Assembly: GCA_963844715.1 (NCBI GenBank)
Contig: CAWJPJ010000006.1
Location: forward strand, 1,024,001 to 1,088,000
Origin: an uncultured Phycisphaerales bacterium
GTDB lineage: Bacteria > Planctomycetota > Phycisphaerae > Tepidisphaerales > Tepidisphaeraceae
DNA: 64,000 nt
Reading direction: 5' to 3'
The number at the start of each line of letters is the position of its first letter. Within the stretch, counting starts at the first letter, position 1. The position numbers were made by a program, and so were the translations under genes. The notes under the pieces were generated by a model. That model worked only from the letters and a program-made list of their open reading frames with translations. It was not told the origin of the DNA and made no database searches. Positions 52,166 to 62,893 of this stretch are shown here, in pieces.

Positions 52166-53730
52166 ATGCCGTCTCTCTTGCAATTAGTTGAGCGTGTGAA
52201 CAAGTCGCTGCCAGTGGAACCGGTCCGGCTTGAGATTTACGAAAAGTCGGACAACGCCGCGGAGGCGTTTCTTTCCAATCGCGCTTCGGCGACGTTGAAG
52301 CTCCGGCAAGCGCAGGGATACCTCAGAAAGTGCCTCGAAGCCATCGACTTTGCCGACAGCAAAGTCCTGCTGGACTACCTTTCCGTCTGCGGACTTCTGG
52401 ACGAAAGCACCCCTCAGGTTGAGCCGGCCGCGCGATTCGGCGCGGCGAGAATCGCGCGAAAGGATTATTCTCTTGGGATCGAAGCGATCCAAAGCGCCGC
52501 GGCGCGGGATTTGGCGGAGGGGGGGAAATTCCTGGCTGGCCTGGAGAATTGTCTGTGGGTGGCGTCGCAATATCAGTACGTCGCGGAAGAGATGGGATGG
52601 AGCACGCCGGAGGGGCATGACTGGGAAAACGGGGTGATTCGGCTGGGATTCGTGGTTTCGAAGATCGACGACCGGGATTCGGCGTCGCAGATGCTGGTGG
52701 CGCTGGCGGAAAATCTTCATCCCGCCGCGCTGCGAGTTTTACGTTTACAGCACCGAGGCGGCACGTCCGCCATGCCGACGAGCGGTTTGCGCAGCCGTCT
52801 TATGTGGAGTCGAGCCAGAGCCGGGGGAGCAAAACGATCGAGCAACTGGAGAGGGCGGGGGCAGGCGTATGGCTGGCGCCGGCGGACTGCGACGCCCTGG
52901 CTGACGCCGGGGCGCTGGCGGAAAAAATGATCTTCGACCGCATTGACGCCGTCATTTATGACACGACGCAGGCGGACGCCGCCGCCGCGCTCACGGCTTG
53001 CTGGCCCGTTGCCCGGGCCAAGATCAACTTATGCAGAACCACTCCGCTTTATGCCGGGGATATCTCGACAATCCTTTATTCCGACGCCAGTCGTCACGCG
53101 GCGTCCAAGAACTTCTGGAACGAGCGGAACGTACAGAGCCGGTATCTGTTCGAAGGCGCTGCGACGCCGCGTTCAGCGCAAAGCCGCCCCGACTGGGGAA
53201 TTCCTGCCGGCGCCGCCGTGCTGGCGGCTGCGGGAAATTTTCTGGATGAGGAATTCGTTGAGGTCGTCATCGAAACGCTTACGTCACATCGGCAGGCCAT
53301 TTTCCTTGTCATCGGGGCCGGGGACTTTTCGCGGCAAAAGCAAAGATTTGAGCGAGCGGGAGTGAGCGGGCGGGTCGGATACACCGCGGACTTTGACGTG
53401 CTGAGCATCTGCGACGTTTATCTGGCGAGCGACCAGGAGGCCAGGTCGGATGGAATTCTGGCGGCGATGGCGCTGGCGAAGCCCGTGCTCATCGGGCGGC
53501 CCGGGGAGGTTTATGCGCGGCGACTGGCAAAACTGATCCGCAATCCCCAGCAGCGGCGGACGCTGGGGCAGACGATGCAGCAGGAATTCCAGAAGAACTA
53601 TTCCGCACGTCACATGGCGCAGCAGATCGAGCAATTGTGCGAAGCTCTGCTGCATAAACCCCAGGCAAGCGCTCCGCCAAGGCAGCGTAGGCGGGGTCTG
53701 GCGAAAGCCGCACGGTTCAAAGTACCATAA
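52166..53730 (+). CDS. GT-B fold glycosyltransferase-like protein (GT4-like C-terminus), frameshifted
   Basis: 'FLVIGAG', 'LSICDVYL', 'LAAMALAKPV', 'LIRNPQQRRTLG'. Confidence 0.65.
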
Positions 53731-53737
53731 TCGCACA

Positions 53738-55231
53738 ATGGACAACCGCCTGATCCAGATCGTGCAGTCGTTGCCGCCCAGTCCGGTGCTGCTTCTGGGC
53801 GACATGATGCTGGATAAATATCTCTACGGGAACGCCGAGCGGGTTTCGCCCAAAGCGCCGGTGCTGGTGCTTCATTATCAGTCCGAGGAATTGCGGCTCG
53901 GGGGCGCGGCGAACGTGGCGTCGATGCTGGCGGCGCTGAATGCGCGGGTGAAGGCGATCGGAGCCATAGGCAATGACGCGGCGGCGCAGGACGTGCGCCG
54001 TCTGATGAAACAAGCCGGCATTGAGCCGGATTATCTGGTCGCGTGCGACGACCGCCCGACCACGTGCAAGCTTCGGCTCGTTGGGGCTGCGCAGCATCGG
54101 CACGCGCAGCAGCTCATGCGGCTGGATTATGAAAATCCGCGGGCGGTTCCGGATTCGATTGTGAATCAGCTCGTTGCTCACGCCCAGGCCGCGCTCGAGG
54201 GATGCGCGGCGGTTTGCATCGAAGATTATAACAAGGGGGCCGTTTGCGAGCCGGTCTGCAAGCAAATCATCGCGGCGGCGCGGAAACGGGATATCCCGGT
54301 GCTGGTCGATCCGGCTTCGGCGGGAGATTACTCAAAGTACCGCGGCGCGACGGCGGTAAAGCTGAATCGCTCGGAGGCCGGAAGAGCAACGGGAATTAAT
54401 CTGGACGGACCGGATCAATATCGGGCGGCGGCGGAAAAGTTGCTCTCGATGCTCGATCTGGAGGCGGCGGTCGTCACGCTGGATCGCAACGGCGCTTACC
54501 TGGCGACGCGGGATGGGGAGCGGCGATGGTTGAAGCATGCCAGGCCGCGTCAGGTTTTCGATGCCACGGGCGCGGGGGACATGGTGCTGGCAATGCTGGC
54601 CGCGGCTCGGGCGGCGGGGGCGAGTTGGGTCGAAGCCGTTGCGCTGGGAAACGTGGCGGCGGGCCTGGAGGTGGAGCGATTTGGGACCGTCCCCATCCGG
54701 CCGGAAGAAATCGTCCAGGAACTGCGGGCCGAGGCGCACGAAAGATTAACCAAGGATCGCACTTGCGATCAGCTCATCGGGGAATTGGCGAGGCATCGCT
54801 CCAGCGGAAAGCGCATCGTCTTCACCAACGGATGCTTCGATCTGATCCACCTTGGCCACGTCAAATATTTTCAATTCGTGCGCAAGCAGGGAGATCTGTT
54901 GGTTGTGGGGGTCAATACCGACGCGAGCGTGCGGCGGTTAAAGGGGGACAAGCGGCCGATCATTTCCGAGACGGATCGACTGGGCGTGCTGGAGGAATTG
55001 GAGAGCATCGATTACCTGGTTCGATTCGACGAGGACACGCCGTTGGAGTTAATTCAGCGGATTCGCCCCGATGTGCTGGTAAAAGGCGCGGATTACGGGA
55101 AAGAGGAGGTCGTGGGATGGGATTTTGTGGAGTCGTACGGGGGCTGCGTGGCGTTGGCGCCGCTGGTGGATGGGAAAAGCACGTCCGCGCTCATCCAGCG
55201 CATACTCGATACGCATAGCCGCGGGGCTTAA
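53738..55231 (+). CDS. hldE: Bifunctional heptose 7-phosphate kinase / heptose 1-phosphate adenylyltransferase
   Basis: PfkB domain 'GDMMLD', 'GGAANVA', 'DATGAGD'; cytidylyltransferase-like 'FTNGCFDLIHLGH', 'LVKGADY'. Confidence 0.95.
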   Translation: MDNRLIQIVQSLPPSPVLLLGDMMLDKYLYGNAERVSPKAPVLVLHYQSEELRLGGAANVASMLAALNARVKAIGAIGNDAAAQDVRRLMKQAGIEPDYLVACDDRPTTCKLRLVGAAQHRHAQQLMRLDYENPRAVPDSIVNQLVAHAQAALEGCAAVCIEDYNKGAVCEPVCKQIIAAARKRDIPVLVDPASAGDYSKYRGATAVKLNRSEAGRATGINLDGPDQYRAAAEKLLSMLDLEAAVVTLDRNGAYLATRDGERRWLKHARPRQVFDATGAGDMVLAMLAAARAAGASWVEAVALGNVAAGLEVERFGTVPIRPEEIVQELRAEAHERLTKDRTCDQLIGELARHRSSGKRIVFTNGCFDLIHLGHVKYFQFVRKQGDLLVVGVNTDASVRRLKGDKRPIISETDRLGVLEELESIDYLVRFDEDTPLELIQRIRPDVLVKGADYGKEEVVGWDFVESYGGCVALAPLVDGKSTSALIQRILDTHSRGA

Positions 55232-55254
55232 AAGTCACGGGAGAAGGCCAATCC

Positions 55255-55749
55255 CTACTGCCCCGGCGTCGGTACGCCTGGAATAATTTGCAATGCTGGA
55301 CCGGTCTCGCCAGATGGGATCTGAATATTTTTTATGATTTGCGAGCCTGCGTGTGAGCCCATCATCACCCAATCGGTGTCGCCGGGACGCTTGACCTGAG
55401 TGCCGGTATTCGGATCAACATCATCTCCAGCAATAGGATGCGCTAACCGCTCACGCATATCGTCGGTGTACTTTTGAAGGAACCCGACAAACGGCGGATT
55501 TGACCCGCAATGGTAAACATGCGCGAGCACAGCTTGCTTACCATCATGGTCATATGGCGGAAGATTCGACATTGAGTCAATATAAAACGTTTTGCCGTCG
55601 TCATCACTGTAATAAACGCCGGTCCTTAACGGAGCCGCCCCCTTCGGGCTCAGTTCGTAGACGACCAAAGCCAAGGCCAACACGATGATAGCGATGACAA
55701 TCCCGCTAGTCAGACCCGGCTTCTTGTTCATTGTTTCGCGGATTCCCAC
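55255..55749 (-). CDS. Hypothetical protein with N-terminal TM anchor
   Basis: GGAGG RBS; TM segment then 'YYSDDDGKTF', 'FVGFLQKYT', 'VKRPGD..WV'. Confidence 0.7.
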   Translation of the reverse strand: MGIRETMNKKPGLTSGIVIAIIVLALALVVYELSPKGAAPLRTGVYYSDDDGKTFYIDSMSNLPPYDHDGKQAVLAHVYHCGSNPPFVGFLQKYTDDMRERLAHPIAGDDVDPNTGTQVKRPGDTDWVMMGSHAGSQIIKNIQIPSGETGPALQIIPGVPTPGQ

Positions 55750-56169
55750 GGGTTGAACCTCCGTTAAATATCCTCGTTTCCAAGCGGACCGCGGGGGGAA
55801 GAGTCGCGGTTACGCCGCCCGGAGTTCATTTTAGGTAATGAATGCTAAATGATCCACGCATTCCTCGCAAGAATGGATGCCCCAACCCCACATTGGGACC
55901 CGGTCGCCAATCCTCGGCAGATTCACGAATTGCAGGCGAGCCCGCCCCGGCTCCGACGTGGCGGACTCCCGGGTTTTGCGAAAGTTGAGCGGGGCGGGCG
56001 GAGTTACCCTCAAGCCCTATAAAGGTTGCCCGAATTGCCATGATCCAGCCGCCTCAGCCTGCGCAAGCCCATTTTTTAGTTGGAGGAAGCGGGAATTAGG
56101 GATACCTTGAGGCTCAGTTGGAACACCCGCCGTGTCGGGGGGTTTGCCGTGTTTTCTTCCTGTGCCAAT

Positions 56170-56352
56170 ATGATCCGCCGCGTTTTTACGTGGGTTCTCT
56201 GTTTCGGTCTGCTCGTGGCGGGCTCGGGTGTCTCGAGCGCGGCTGCCGCGCCGACAAAGGTTGCCGACCTATCAGACGTGCATCTCCGCCGGATACACCT
56301 GGTTCGCCCGGATTTGATCCCTTACCCGATCGCCTATTCGGCCCTCTGCTGA
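56170..56352 (+). CDS. Small secreted hypothetical protein (60 aa)
   Basis: Signal peptide, then a short mature part 'HLVRPDLIPYP'. Confidence 0.5.
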   Translation: MIRRVFTWVLCFGLLVAGSGVSSAAAAPTKVADLSDVHLRRIHLVRPDLIPYPIAYSALC

Positions 56353-57582
56353 GCCGAACCCGCCGCGATCGCGGGCTTTCCACCATCCATCGATCCCGCT
56401 ATGTCCGCCAGGGCATCGGCTGCGTATTGCACGTCCTGCACGCTCAGGAATGGGCCAAAGCTGAAGCGCGTTGTGCCGCCGGCGGCGAGAGTGCCGATCG
56501 CCTCATGCGCGAGGGGTGCGCAATGAATTCCCGAGCGGGTGAGAATGCCGTAATGCGTTTCGAGAACGGCGGACAATTCATGCGGCGAGAGCCCCTCGAC
56601 GGCGACGGAAAACACGCCGACCCGATGCGCCACGCCTGCGCGGACCGAAATATCGCAGGCCCGGGACATCGGAAATTCCGTCCAAAAACGTCCCGACCAA
56701 CTCGCTTTCGTGGCGCGCGATCTCTTCAATTCCTTTAGTGAGAACCCATTGCACGCCTTGCGATAGGCCGATGATGCCAATGGCGTTGTGGCTCCCGGCT
56801 TCGTACTTATCAGGCAGAAAATCCGGCTGGCGATCCTGCTCGCTAACCGAGCCGGTGCCCCCCTCGCGAATGGGGCGAAGAGCCTTTTCCAGCCCGGGGC
56901 GAATGTACAGGAATCCGGTCCCCAGGGGACCGAGCAAACCCTTATGTCCCGGAGCGGCCAGCAGATCGATGCCATCAGCCTGGAGGTCGATCGGCAGATG
57001 GCCGGCCGACTGCGCGGCGTCGACGATGAGCGGAATATTTCGCTCTCGCGCGATCGCACCGATTTCCCGGATGGGCTGCACCGTGCCCGTCACATTGCTT
57101 GCGTGCGTGACGGCGATTAAGCGCGTGTCGCTCCGAATCGCCTTGGCAATATCGCGCGGATCGACCAGGCCGGTTTGCCCATCCACCGCGATGCGCGTTT
57201 GCTCGATCAACCCGGCATCAGCCAGTGCGTTCAGCGGCCGCAAGATTGAATTGTGATCGATGTGCGTGCAGATCGCGTGCCCTTTTTTGGACGGATCGAT
57301 GAGTCCCTTGATCGCAAGGTTCAGCGCATCAGTGCAATTGAGGGTGAAGATGAAATTTTCGGGCGCTTCCCCATGGAAGAGGCGCTGGAGACGGCGGCGG
57401 CATTCGGTCATCAGGCGGCCGGTTTCCATCGCCTCGCGATAAGCGCCGCGGCCGGCGCTGGCGCCCAGGTCGGTCGCGTAGCGGACCATCGCCTCGATGA
57501 CGGCCGGAGGCTTGGGGAAACTCGTCGCCGCATTATCCAGATAAAGCCGGCGAGGTTCGGGTTGATTGGGTGAACGATGCAT
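56334..57582 (-). CDS. Aminotransferase class V / cysteine desulfurase family protein, frameshifted
   Basis: 'YLDNAATSFPKP', 'HASNVTG', 'VDAAQSAG', PLP lysine 'PGHKGL', 'RSGIHCAP'. Confidence 0.92.
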
Positions 57583-57605
57583 TCGACACTGCTGAAGATT
57601 TTTTT

Positions 57606-57743
57606 CCCTCTCCCTGGTACTCCGGGGAGAGCACTCCCTGTCCTCTTCTGCTAGTTTCGGCACGATGGGTGAGGGGCAGTCTTTCGACGTTCGAAAAACG
57701 CCCCTCGCCCTGGCCCTCTCCCCATGATTACATGGGGAGAGGG
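57606..57743. repeat. Composite REP-like element
   Basis: CCCTCTCCCTGGTACTCCGGGGAGAG...GGGTGAGGGGCAGTCTTTCGA...CCCCTCGCCCTGGCCCTCTCCCC..GGGGAGAGGG; shares GGGTGAGGGGCAGTCTTTCGA with the 9044 copy. Confidence 0.8.
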
Positions 57744-57777
57744 AAAATTATGATAGGAAACGCCCGCCCCCCTGTCA

Positions 57778-58476
57778 TCACCAGAACCACCAATCATGCG
57801 TGTGGAGGACGTAAATGCCCAGTAGGAGATTGGTAACCCCATGCGCCACAATGCACGCCCCTAGGCTGCGGGTTCGCACCAGCAAGTATCCGATCATGAT
57901 GGCCCAGACGATCGCGGTGATCCATTGGACGTGCTCGGAGGCGAACAAAATGACGATGGTCCAGAAGACCTTGGTATCCCACTCCCCCACCGCCGCGAGT
58001 TTGAAGTCGATCGGAGCGATCAGGGTCCGCCAGAGAAAATCGCGCCAGAAATATTCTTCCATGAACGGGACGACCAGCGCCGGTCCGAGCAATCGGAAAA
58101 CCAGGAAGACCATCAGCCAGGGTCGCGGCGAAACTTCTTTGAAAGGATCGAAAACCTCGCGGCTGAGAGTCGGATAGTTGGGCCAAAAATGCAGGAGCGC
58201 CTTTTCCATCCCGACCCATTGAATCGCGCCGAGGATGCCGACGGCGATGCCAAGCTGCCAATAACGCCAGGAAATTTTGGTGAAGTGCCGCCGCAGGAGG
58301 ATGAGCAGAACGCCGGCGACGATGGTTTTGGCCACATATCCGGCTGGTAGGAGGGAGGGCCAGGTGCTACCAATCAGGGTGATGCCGAGAAACGCCGCCA
58401 TGGGGAGGACGTACGCGACGTCATCGCGGACCCAGCGATCGAGGGAAAGGAGCCCGACGGGCGGGGAATCAGCCAT
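57778..58476 (-). CDS. CAAX prenyl protease-related (CPBP) protein, resembling the PEP-CTERM-associated type
   Basis: 'VVPFMEEYFWR', 'FASEH', 'AHGVTN', multiple TM segments. Confidence 0.85.
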   Translation of the reverse strand: MADSPPVGLLSLDRWVRDDVAYVLPMAAFLGITLIGSTWPSLLPAGYVAKTIVAGVLLILLRRHFTKISWRYWQLGIAVGILGAIQWVGMEKALLHFWPNYPTLSREVFDPFKEVSPRPWLMVFLVFRLLGPALVVPFMEEYFWRDFLWRTLIAPIDFKLAAVGEWDTKVFWTIVILFASEHVQWITAIVWAIMIGYLLVRTRSLGACIVAHGVTNLLLGIYVLHTHDWWFW

Positions 58477-58500
58477 GCGAATCTGATTGTGTCCGGCGAT

Positions 58501-59145
58501 TCATGTCGACGCAAATGCGGATGTGAGTTGATCGACCAGAATGCGCTGCATGGCTTCGATCGAGGGGGCCGAATCACCGAGGATTTTTTGAACGGTGGTC
58601 ACGGGGCGGCCGGCCAAGCCGCATGGATTGATCAGCGCAAAGCCGGACAGATCCGCCACCACGTTCAAAGCCAAACCGTGCAAGGTCGCCCCGCGGCGGA
58701 TGCGGACGCCGATGGCGCAAATCTTGGCCAACTGCCCGCGATCGTCCGTCCAGACACCGATGGCGGCAGGGTCGGTCTTGCCTTCGATCCCGACTTTCGC
58801 GAGGGCGGAAATGACGATTGATTCGAGTCGATGGACATACCCGCCGACGCTTAGCTTGTGATCAATGAGACGAATGATTGGATAAGCGACGATCTGGCCG
58901 GGGCCGTGAAAGGTGATGTCACCGCCGCGATCGCTGTGGACGAGTTCGACGCCGAGTTGGTTTAGTTCGTCGCGGGATCGGAGCAGGTTCCCGGCGTCGT
59001 CGCCGCGGCGGCCGAAGGTGATGACCGGTGGATGCTGAACGATGAAGATTTGCTCTTCGCCGCCATCGGCAACAGTCTCCAGGGCGCGCTCTTGAATCTG
59101 CCACGCCTGGCGATAGGGCATCAAACCGAGATCGGTGACTTTCAT
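58501..59145 (-). CDS. lipB: Lipoyl(octanoyl) transferase
   Basis: 'QHPPVIT.G', 'DRGGDITFHGPGQ', 'KICAIG', 'HGLALN', 'INPCG'. Confidence 0.96.
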   Translation of the reverse strand: MKVTDLGLMPYRQAWQIQERALETVADGGEEQIFIVQHPPVITFGRRGDDAGNLLRSRDELNQLGVELVHSDRGGDITFHGPGQIVAYPIIRLIDHKLSVGGYVHRLESIVISALAKVGIEGKTDPAAIGVWTDDRGQLAKICAIGVRIRRGATLHGLALNVVADLSGFALINPCGLAGRPVTTVQKILGDSAPSIEAMQRILVDQLTSAFAST

Positions 59146-59188
59146 CTGGGGGAAGATTATACGGGTGGCAGGTGAATCGCGCGTTCAA

Positions 59189-59228
59189 CCCCCTCCGCAG
59201 CCCTCCCCCTGAGTACAGGGAGAGGGGG
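59189..59228. repeat. REP-like half element
   Basis: CCCCTCCGCAGCCCTCCCCCTGAGTACAGGGAGAGGGG. Confidence 0.65.
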
Positions 59229-59261
59229 AAAAAGTGCGCGGATCGCAAAGCTACAAATAGA

Positions 59262-60673
59262 TTAGGCGGCAACCAGATAGGTTGCCACCGGGGTGCGATA
59301 GGCTTTGATGGCGGGGACCAGGCCGGCGACGACTGCCAGAATGACGACGCCGAAGACGTAGAGAATCTCCAGCGGCGATACGCCCATCCAATTGAGCGAT
59401 TCGCCAAATGTGCTTTGCATGTACGCGGAGCCGATGCCGCTTACGGCGTGGCCGGCAACGAGACCTAGCAGGGAGCCGATCAGGGCTATCGTTCCGGCTT
59501 CGAGACAGATCAATGTCAGGACGGTTTGGCGGGTGCGCCGAGGCGGCGCAGGATCGCGATTTCGCGCAGTCTCGCCGAGACGGAGTTGTAGATGCTGACG
59601 AGAATTCCCACGGCGGCGACGATAGTTACCAGGGAGCAGATGAGGAGGAGCATTTGGCGCGTGGGTTTGAGAAAGACGTCGAAAAATCCTCGCATGACGT
59701 CCGCGGGGTTGCAGGCCATCACGTCGGTGCCGTTGTTGAGGTCGTAAGCCAGGCTCTGTTCGGTGACGCCGCCGCGGGACTGAACGAGAATCGCCGAGAC
59801 CGCCCAGGCCTCGGGCGGGATGGTGATTTTCAGGGTTTGGTCGTGGGTGTTGAAATCGTAATTACGCCAGTGTTCGATGCCGTTGGCGTCGGGTGGAGGT
59901 TCGATCGTCTCCGGCCCCTGGGGCACCTGGAACATGGTCAGTCCCTCGCGGAGTTTTTCCTGCACGATCAAACCCGCGCCGTGCTCGGCGATGGTATAAA
60001 AGCTGAGGAGCGGGATGTAGAGCACGCGGTCGTTGGCCGTGTGGGTCGGGGCGAGAATTCCGACGACGGTCCATTTTTGCAGGTGGAGATTTGGCGCCTG
60101 GCCGGGCGTGGGAGTGCCGTGCGTGGCCTGGAATTGATCGCCGATTTTCAATCCCGTCAGGCGCGCTATATCACTCCCTATGACGGCCTCGAATTTGTTG
60201 GCGGCGAAAACCCTGCCCTCGGCAATGCGCATGTGCCGGCCGGGGCGATAGTCCATGATTTCATCTTCCGGCAACGGATTTTCCAGATCGTCGTACCCAA
60301 ACAGCTTCGCAAGCGTTCCCACGATCCGATATTTCCCCTGATAGGTGTCGCCTACCACGGTCGGCACGGCCAATCTCACGAACGGATACAAATCTCCGCC
60401 TTTGAGCAGCCGTCCATAGACGGTGAACGGAATATTTCCGGGGCTAACGTCCATGTGATAGATGGTATTCAGCACCAACTGCAATTGCGATCCCTTTTTC
60501 CCGATAATCGCGTCGTAGCCGTAATCGTTTTGACCGAAGAGATTTTCCGTCTCGCGCCCCATAACGAGGATGGCGATCGCCAAGCCTACGCCGAGCATGA
60601 CGGAGAGCGTGGTCAGCCAGGTGGAAAGGGCCCGCTGGCGCATCTGCTTGAGGACGAGCTGGAAGTAATTCAC
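59262..60673 (-). CDS. ABC transporter permease (FtsX/MacB-like), frameshifted
   Basis: N-terminal TM, periplasmic domain, 'R.REIAILR.LGA', C-terminal TMs 'GLVPAIKAY'. Confidence 0.9.
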
Positions 60674-61398
60674 GGTTGGGCCGCCCCTACCGCGGTCATC
60701 GCGCGGTTGACTTCGGTGAGCTTCAGGACCCTGGAAAATTCTCCGGCGATATCCAGATCGTGAGTCACCAGGAGCAGCGAGGCGCTGACCTCGCCGCAGA
60801 GTTTTCGGATCAGATCGAGAACCTGACGGGCATTCCCGGCGTCGAGGGCGCCGGTGGGCTCGTCGGCCAGAACCAGACGCGGGCGATTCGCCAGCGCCCG
60901 CGCGACGGCAACACGCTGCTGTTGCCCGACGGACAATTTCTGCGGGCGGTAATTCAGGCGATCCGCCAACCCCACTTCCTTCAGCAAATGCTCCGTCCAG
61001 GCCTTGTCGCGCGACCGCCCGGTAAAGCTCATCCCGAGGAGGACGTTTTCCAGGGCGGTGAATCCGTTCAGAAGATGGTGGGTTTGAAAAATGTAACCGA
61101 CGTATCGCCCGCGAAATTCATCGCGTTGCGCTTCGGTAAGGAGAGTGAGATCGACGACGCCTTCGGCGGTGCCGGCCATGGGGCGGGCCGGATCGTAACC
61201 GAACAGAACCCCGCCGGAATCGGGCCCGAGAATACCGGCGATAAGATGGAGAAGCGTGGTCTTGCCCGAACCGCTGGCGCCGATGAGGGCGGCTTGCTCG
61301 CCGTCGGGGATGAACAGCTCGGCGACATCGATGACCCGCACGACGCTTCCGTCGGGGCCGGTGTAATTCTTTTTCAGATTCCTGAGCAGCAGACCCAT
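60670..61398 (-). CDS. ABC transporter ATP-binding protein (LolD-like)
   Basis: 'GASGSGKTT', 'LSVGQQQRVA', 'LADEPTGALD', 'VTHD'. Confidence 0.93.
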   Translation of the reverse strand: MGLLLRNLKKNYTGPDGSVVRVIDVAELFIPDGEQAALIGASGSGKTTLLHLIAGILGPDSGGVLFGYDPARPMAGTAEGVVDLTLLTEAQRDEFRGRYVGYIFQTHHLLNGFTALENVLLGMSFTGRSRDKAWTEHLLKEVGLADRLNYRPQKLSVGQQQRVAVARALANRPRLVLADEPTGALDAGNARQVLDLIRKLCGEVSASLLLVTHDLDIAGEFSRVLKLTEVNRAMTAVGAAQP

Positions 61399-61496
61399 GG
61401 GGTTGTTTAACTTGTAGAAGCGGAACCGCGCTGCGTCAACTTTCTAAATCCGCCGTTAACGGGGTATATTACCCGCATCGGAAAGGAAGAGCCGCC

Positions 61497-61694
61497 ATGA
61501 CCGAATCCCAAATCCAGGCGTCGGTCCTTGATCGCTATGGATTGCGAATTCAAATTCCCATGGCGCGATTCGCCATTGGGCAAATTCAGACGTCGCCGGA
61601 GGTCGCTTTGATCGGCGTGGACGCACGGACCGGGGTGCCCCGGCGGGTAATTGTCGCGCGGGACGCCGTTCTTCAAACGATTCGACATCAATAA
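61497..61694 (+). CDS. Small hypothetical protein
   Basis: AGGAAG upstream; ends 5 bp before the GHMP kinase start. Confidence 0.5.
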   Translation: MTESQIQASVLDRYGLRIQIPMARFAIGQIQTSPEVALIGVDARTGVPRRVIVARDAVLQTIRHQ

Positions 61695-61699
61695 ATGCC

Positions 61700-62700
61700 A
61701 TGATTCATACCTCGCACGCCTTCGCTCGCGCCGGACTGGTGGGGAACCCGTCCGATGGGTATTTCGGGAAGACGATCTCGTTTGTCATTCGAAATTTCAA
61801 GACGACTGTCCGCCTCTGGGAAAGCCCGCATCTGGAGATTCTGCCGACGCACGGCGATCTGACCAAATTTGGAACGCTGGATGATTTTTTGCGGGATGTC
61901 CGCCTCAACGGGTATTACGGCGGCATGCGGCTGATCAAGGCGGCCGTCAAGCGATTCAGCGATTACTGCAACCAGATGGGGCGCGAACTTCACCGCCGGA
62001 ACTTCACGATCGACTTTCAAACCAATATTCCGCGGCTGGTGGGGCTGGCGGGGAGCAGCGCCATCGTGACGGCCACAATGCGCGTGCTGATGCAATTTTT
62101 CGAAGTTGATATCCCGATTCATTACCTGCCTACGCTGAGCCTTTCGGTCGAGCGGGACGAATTGGGGCTGAACGCCGGATTGCAGGACCGGGTCATCCAG
62201 ACTTACGAGGGGATGGTTTTTATGGACTTCGACCGCGCGCTGATGGAATGCGCGGGTATGGGAACTACGAGGTGTTGCGGCCCGATCCGATGCCGCCGCT
62301 GTACGTCGCTTATGACCCGGACCGGGCGGAGATCAGCGATGTGCCGCATCGAAATCTCCGCGCGCTGTTCAACGCGGGCGATAAGACGATCGTCGGCGCA
62401 ATGCAGAAATACCGCGAACTGACCGATCGCGGCAAGGCGGCGCTGATGAGCGGCAACTGGGCCGAACTGGACAAGGTGATGAACGAGAATTTCGACTTGC
62501 GGCGCACGATCATGAACATCGCCCCGGAAAATCTTCGCATGGTGGAAGCGGCACGAAGCGTCGGCGCCAGCGCGAAGTTCGCCGGAAGCGGCGGCACGAT
62601 CCTCGGCCTCTATCACAGCGGACGGCAATACCAGGAACTCGTCGATGCGCTGGGAAAAGTGCGCTGCACGGTCCTGCGCCCGCTGATTTTTGAGGCGTGA
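61700..62700 (+). CDS. GHMP kinase, glucuronokinase-like, frameshifted
   Basis: '[18 protein letters not shown]', '[11 protein letters not shown]', 'GLQDRVIQ', 'KFAGSGG'. Confidence 0.85.
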
Positions 62701-62713
62701 TCAACTTAAATGC

Positions 62714-62838
62714 AACCGCGGTCGCTGAGGCGCGGAGACAGACGCGGAGAAGACGCATTCTTTTTTTCAAAACAAGAATTCAGTTCTCCGCGTCCGGAGT
62801 TTGCCCGCCGCGTCGGGCGCCTCCGCGTCTCCGCGGTT
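62714..62838. repeat. Palindromic CGCGGAG/CTCCGCG intergenic repeat, possible terminator
   Basis: AACCGCGG..GCGGAG..ACGCGGAGAA ... TTCTCCGCGT..CTCCGCGTCTCCGCGGTT followed by a T run. Confidence 0.6.
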
Positions 62839-62859
62839 GCTTTTTTTTCGTAAAAACTA

Positions 62860-62888
62860 TTGACGTGCGCCATGCGGCGCGTTATCTT
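62860..62888 (+). promoter_or_regulatory. sigma70-like promoter
   Basis: TTGACG-N17-TATCTT with an AT-rich upstream tract. Confidence 0.65.
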
Positions 62889-62893
62889 CTCTA

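Noticed and set aside
53835..53865. HldE 'RVSPKAPV' instead of the conserved 'SPEAPV'
   Set aside because: A single-base difference in an error-prone assembly; not interpretable without reads.
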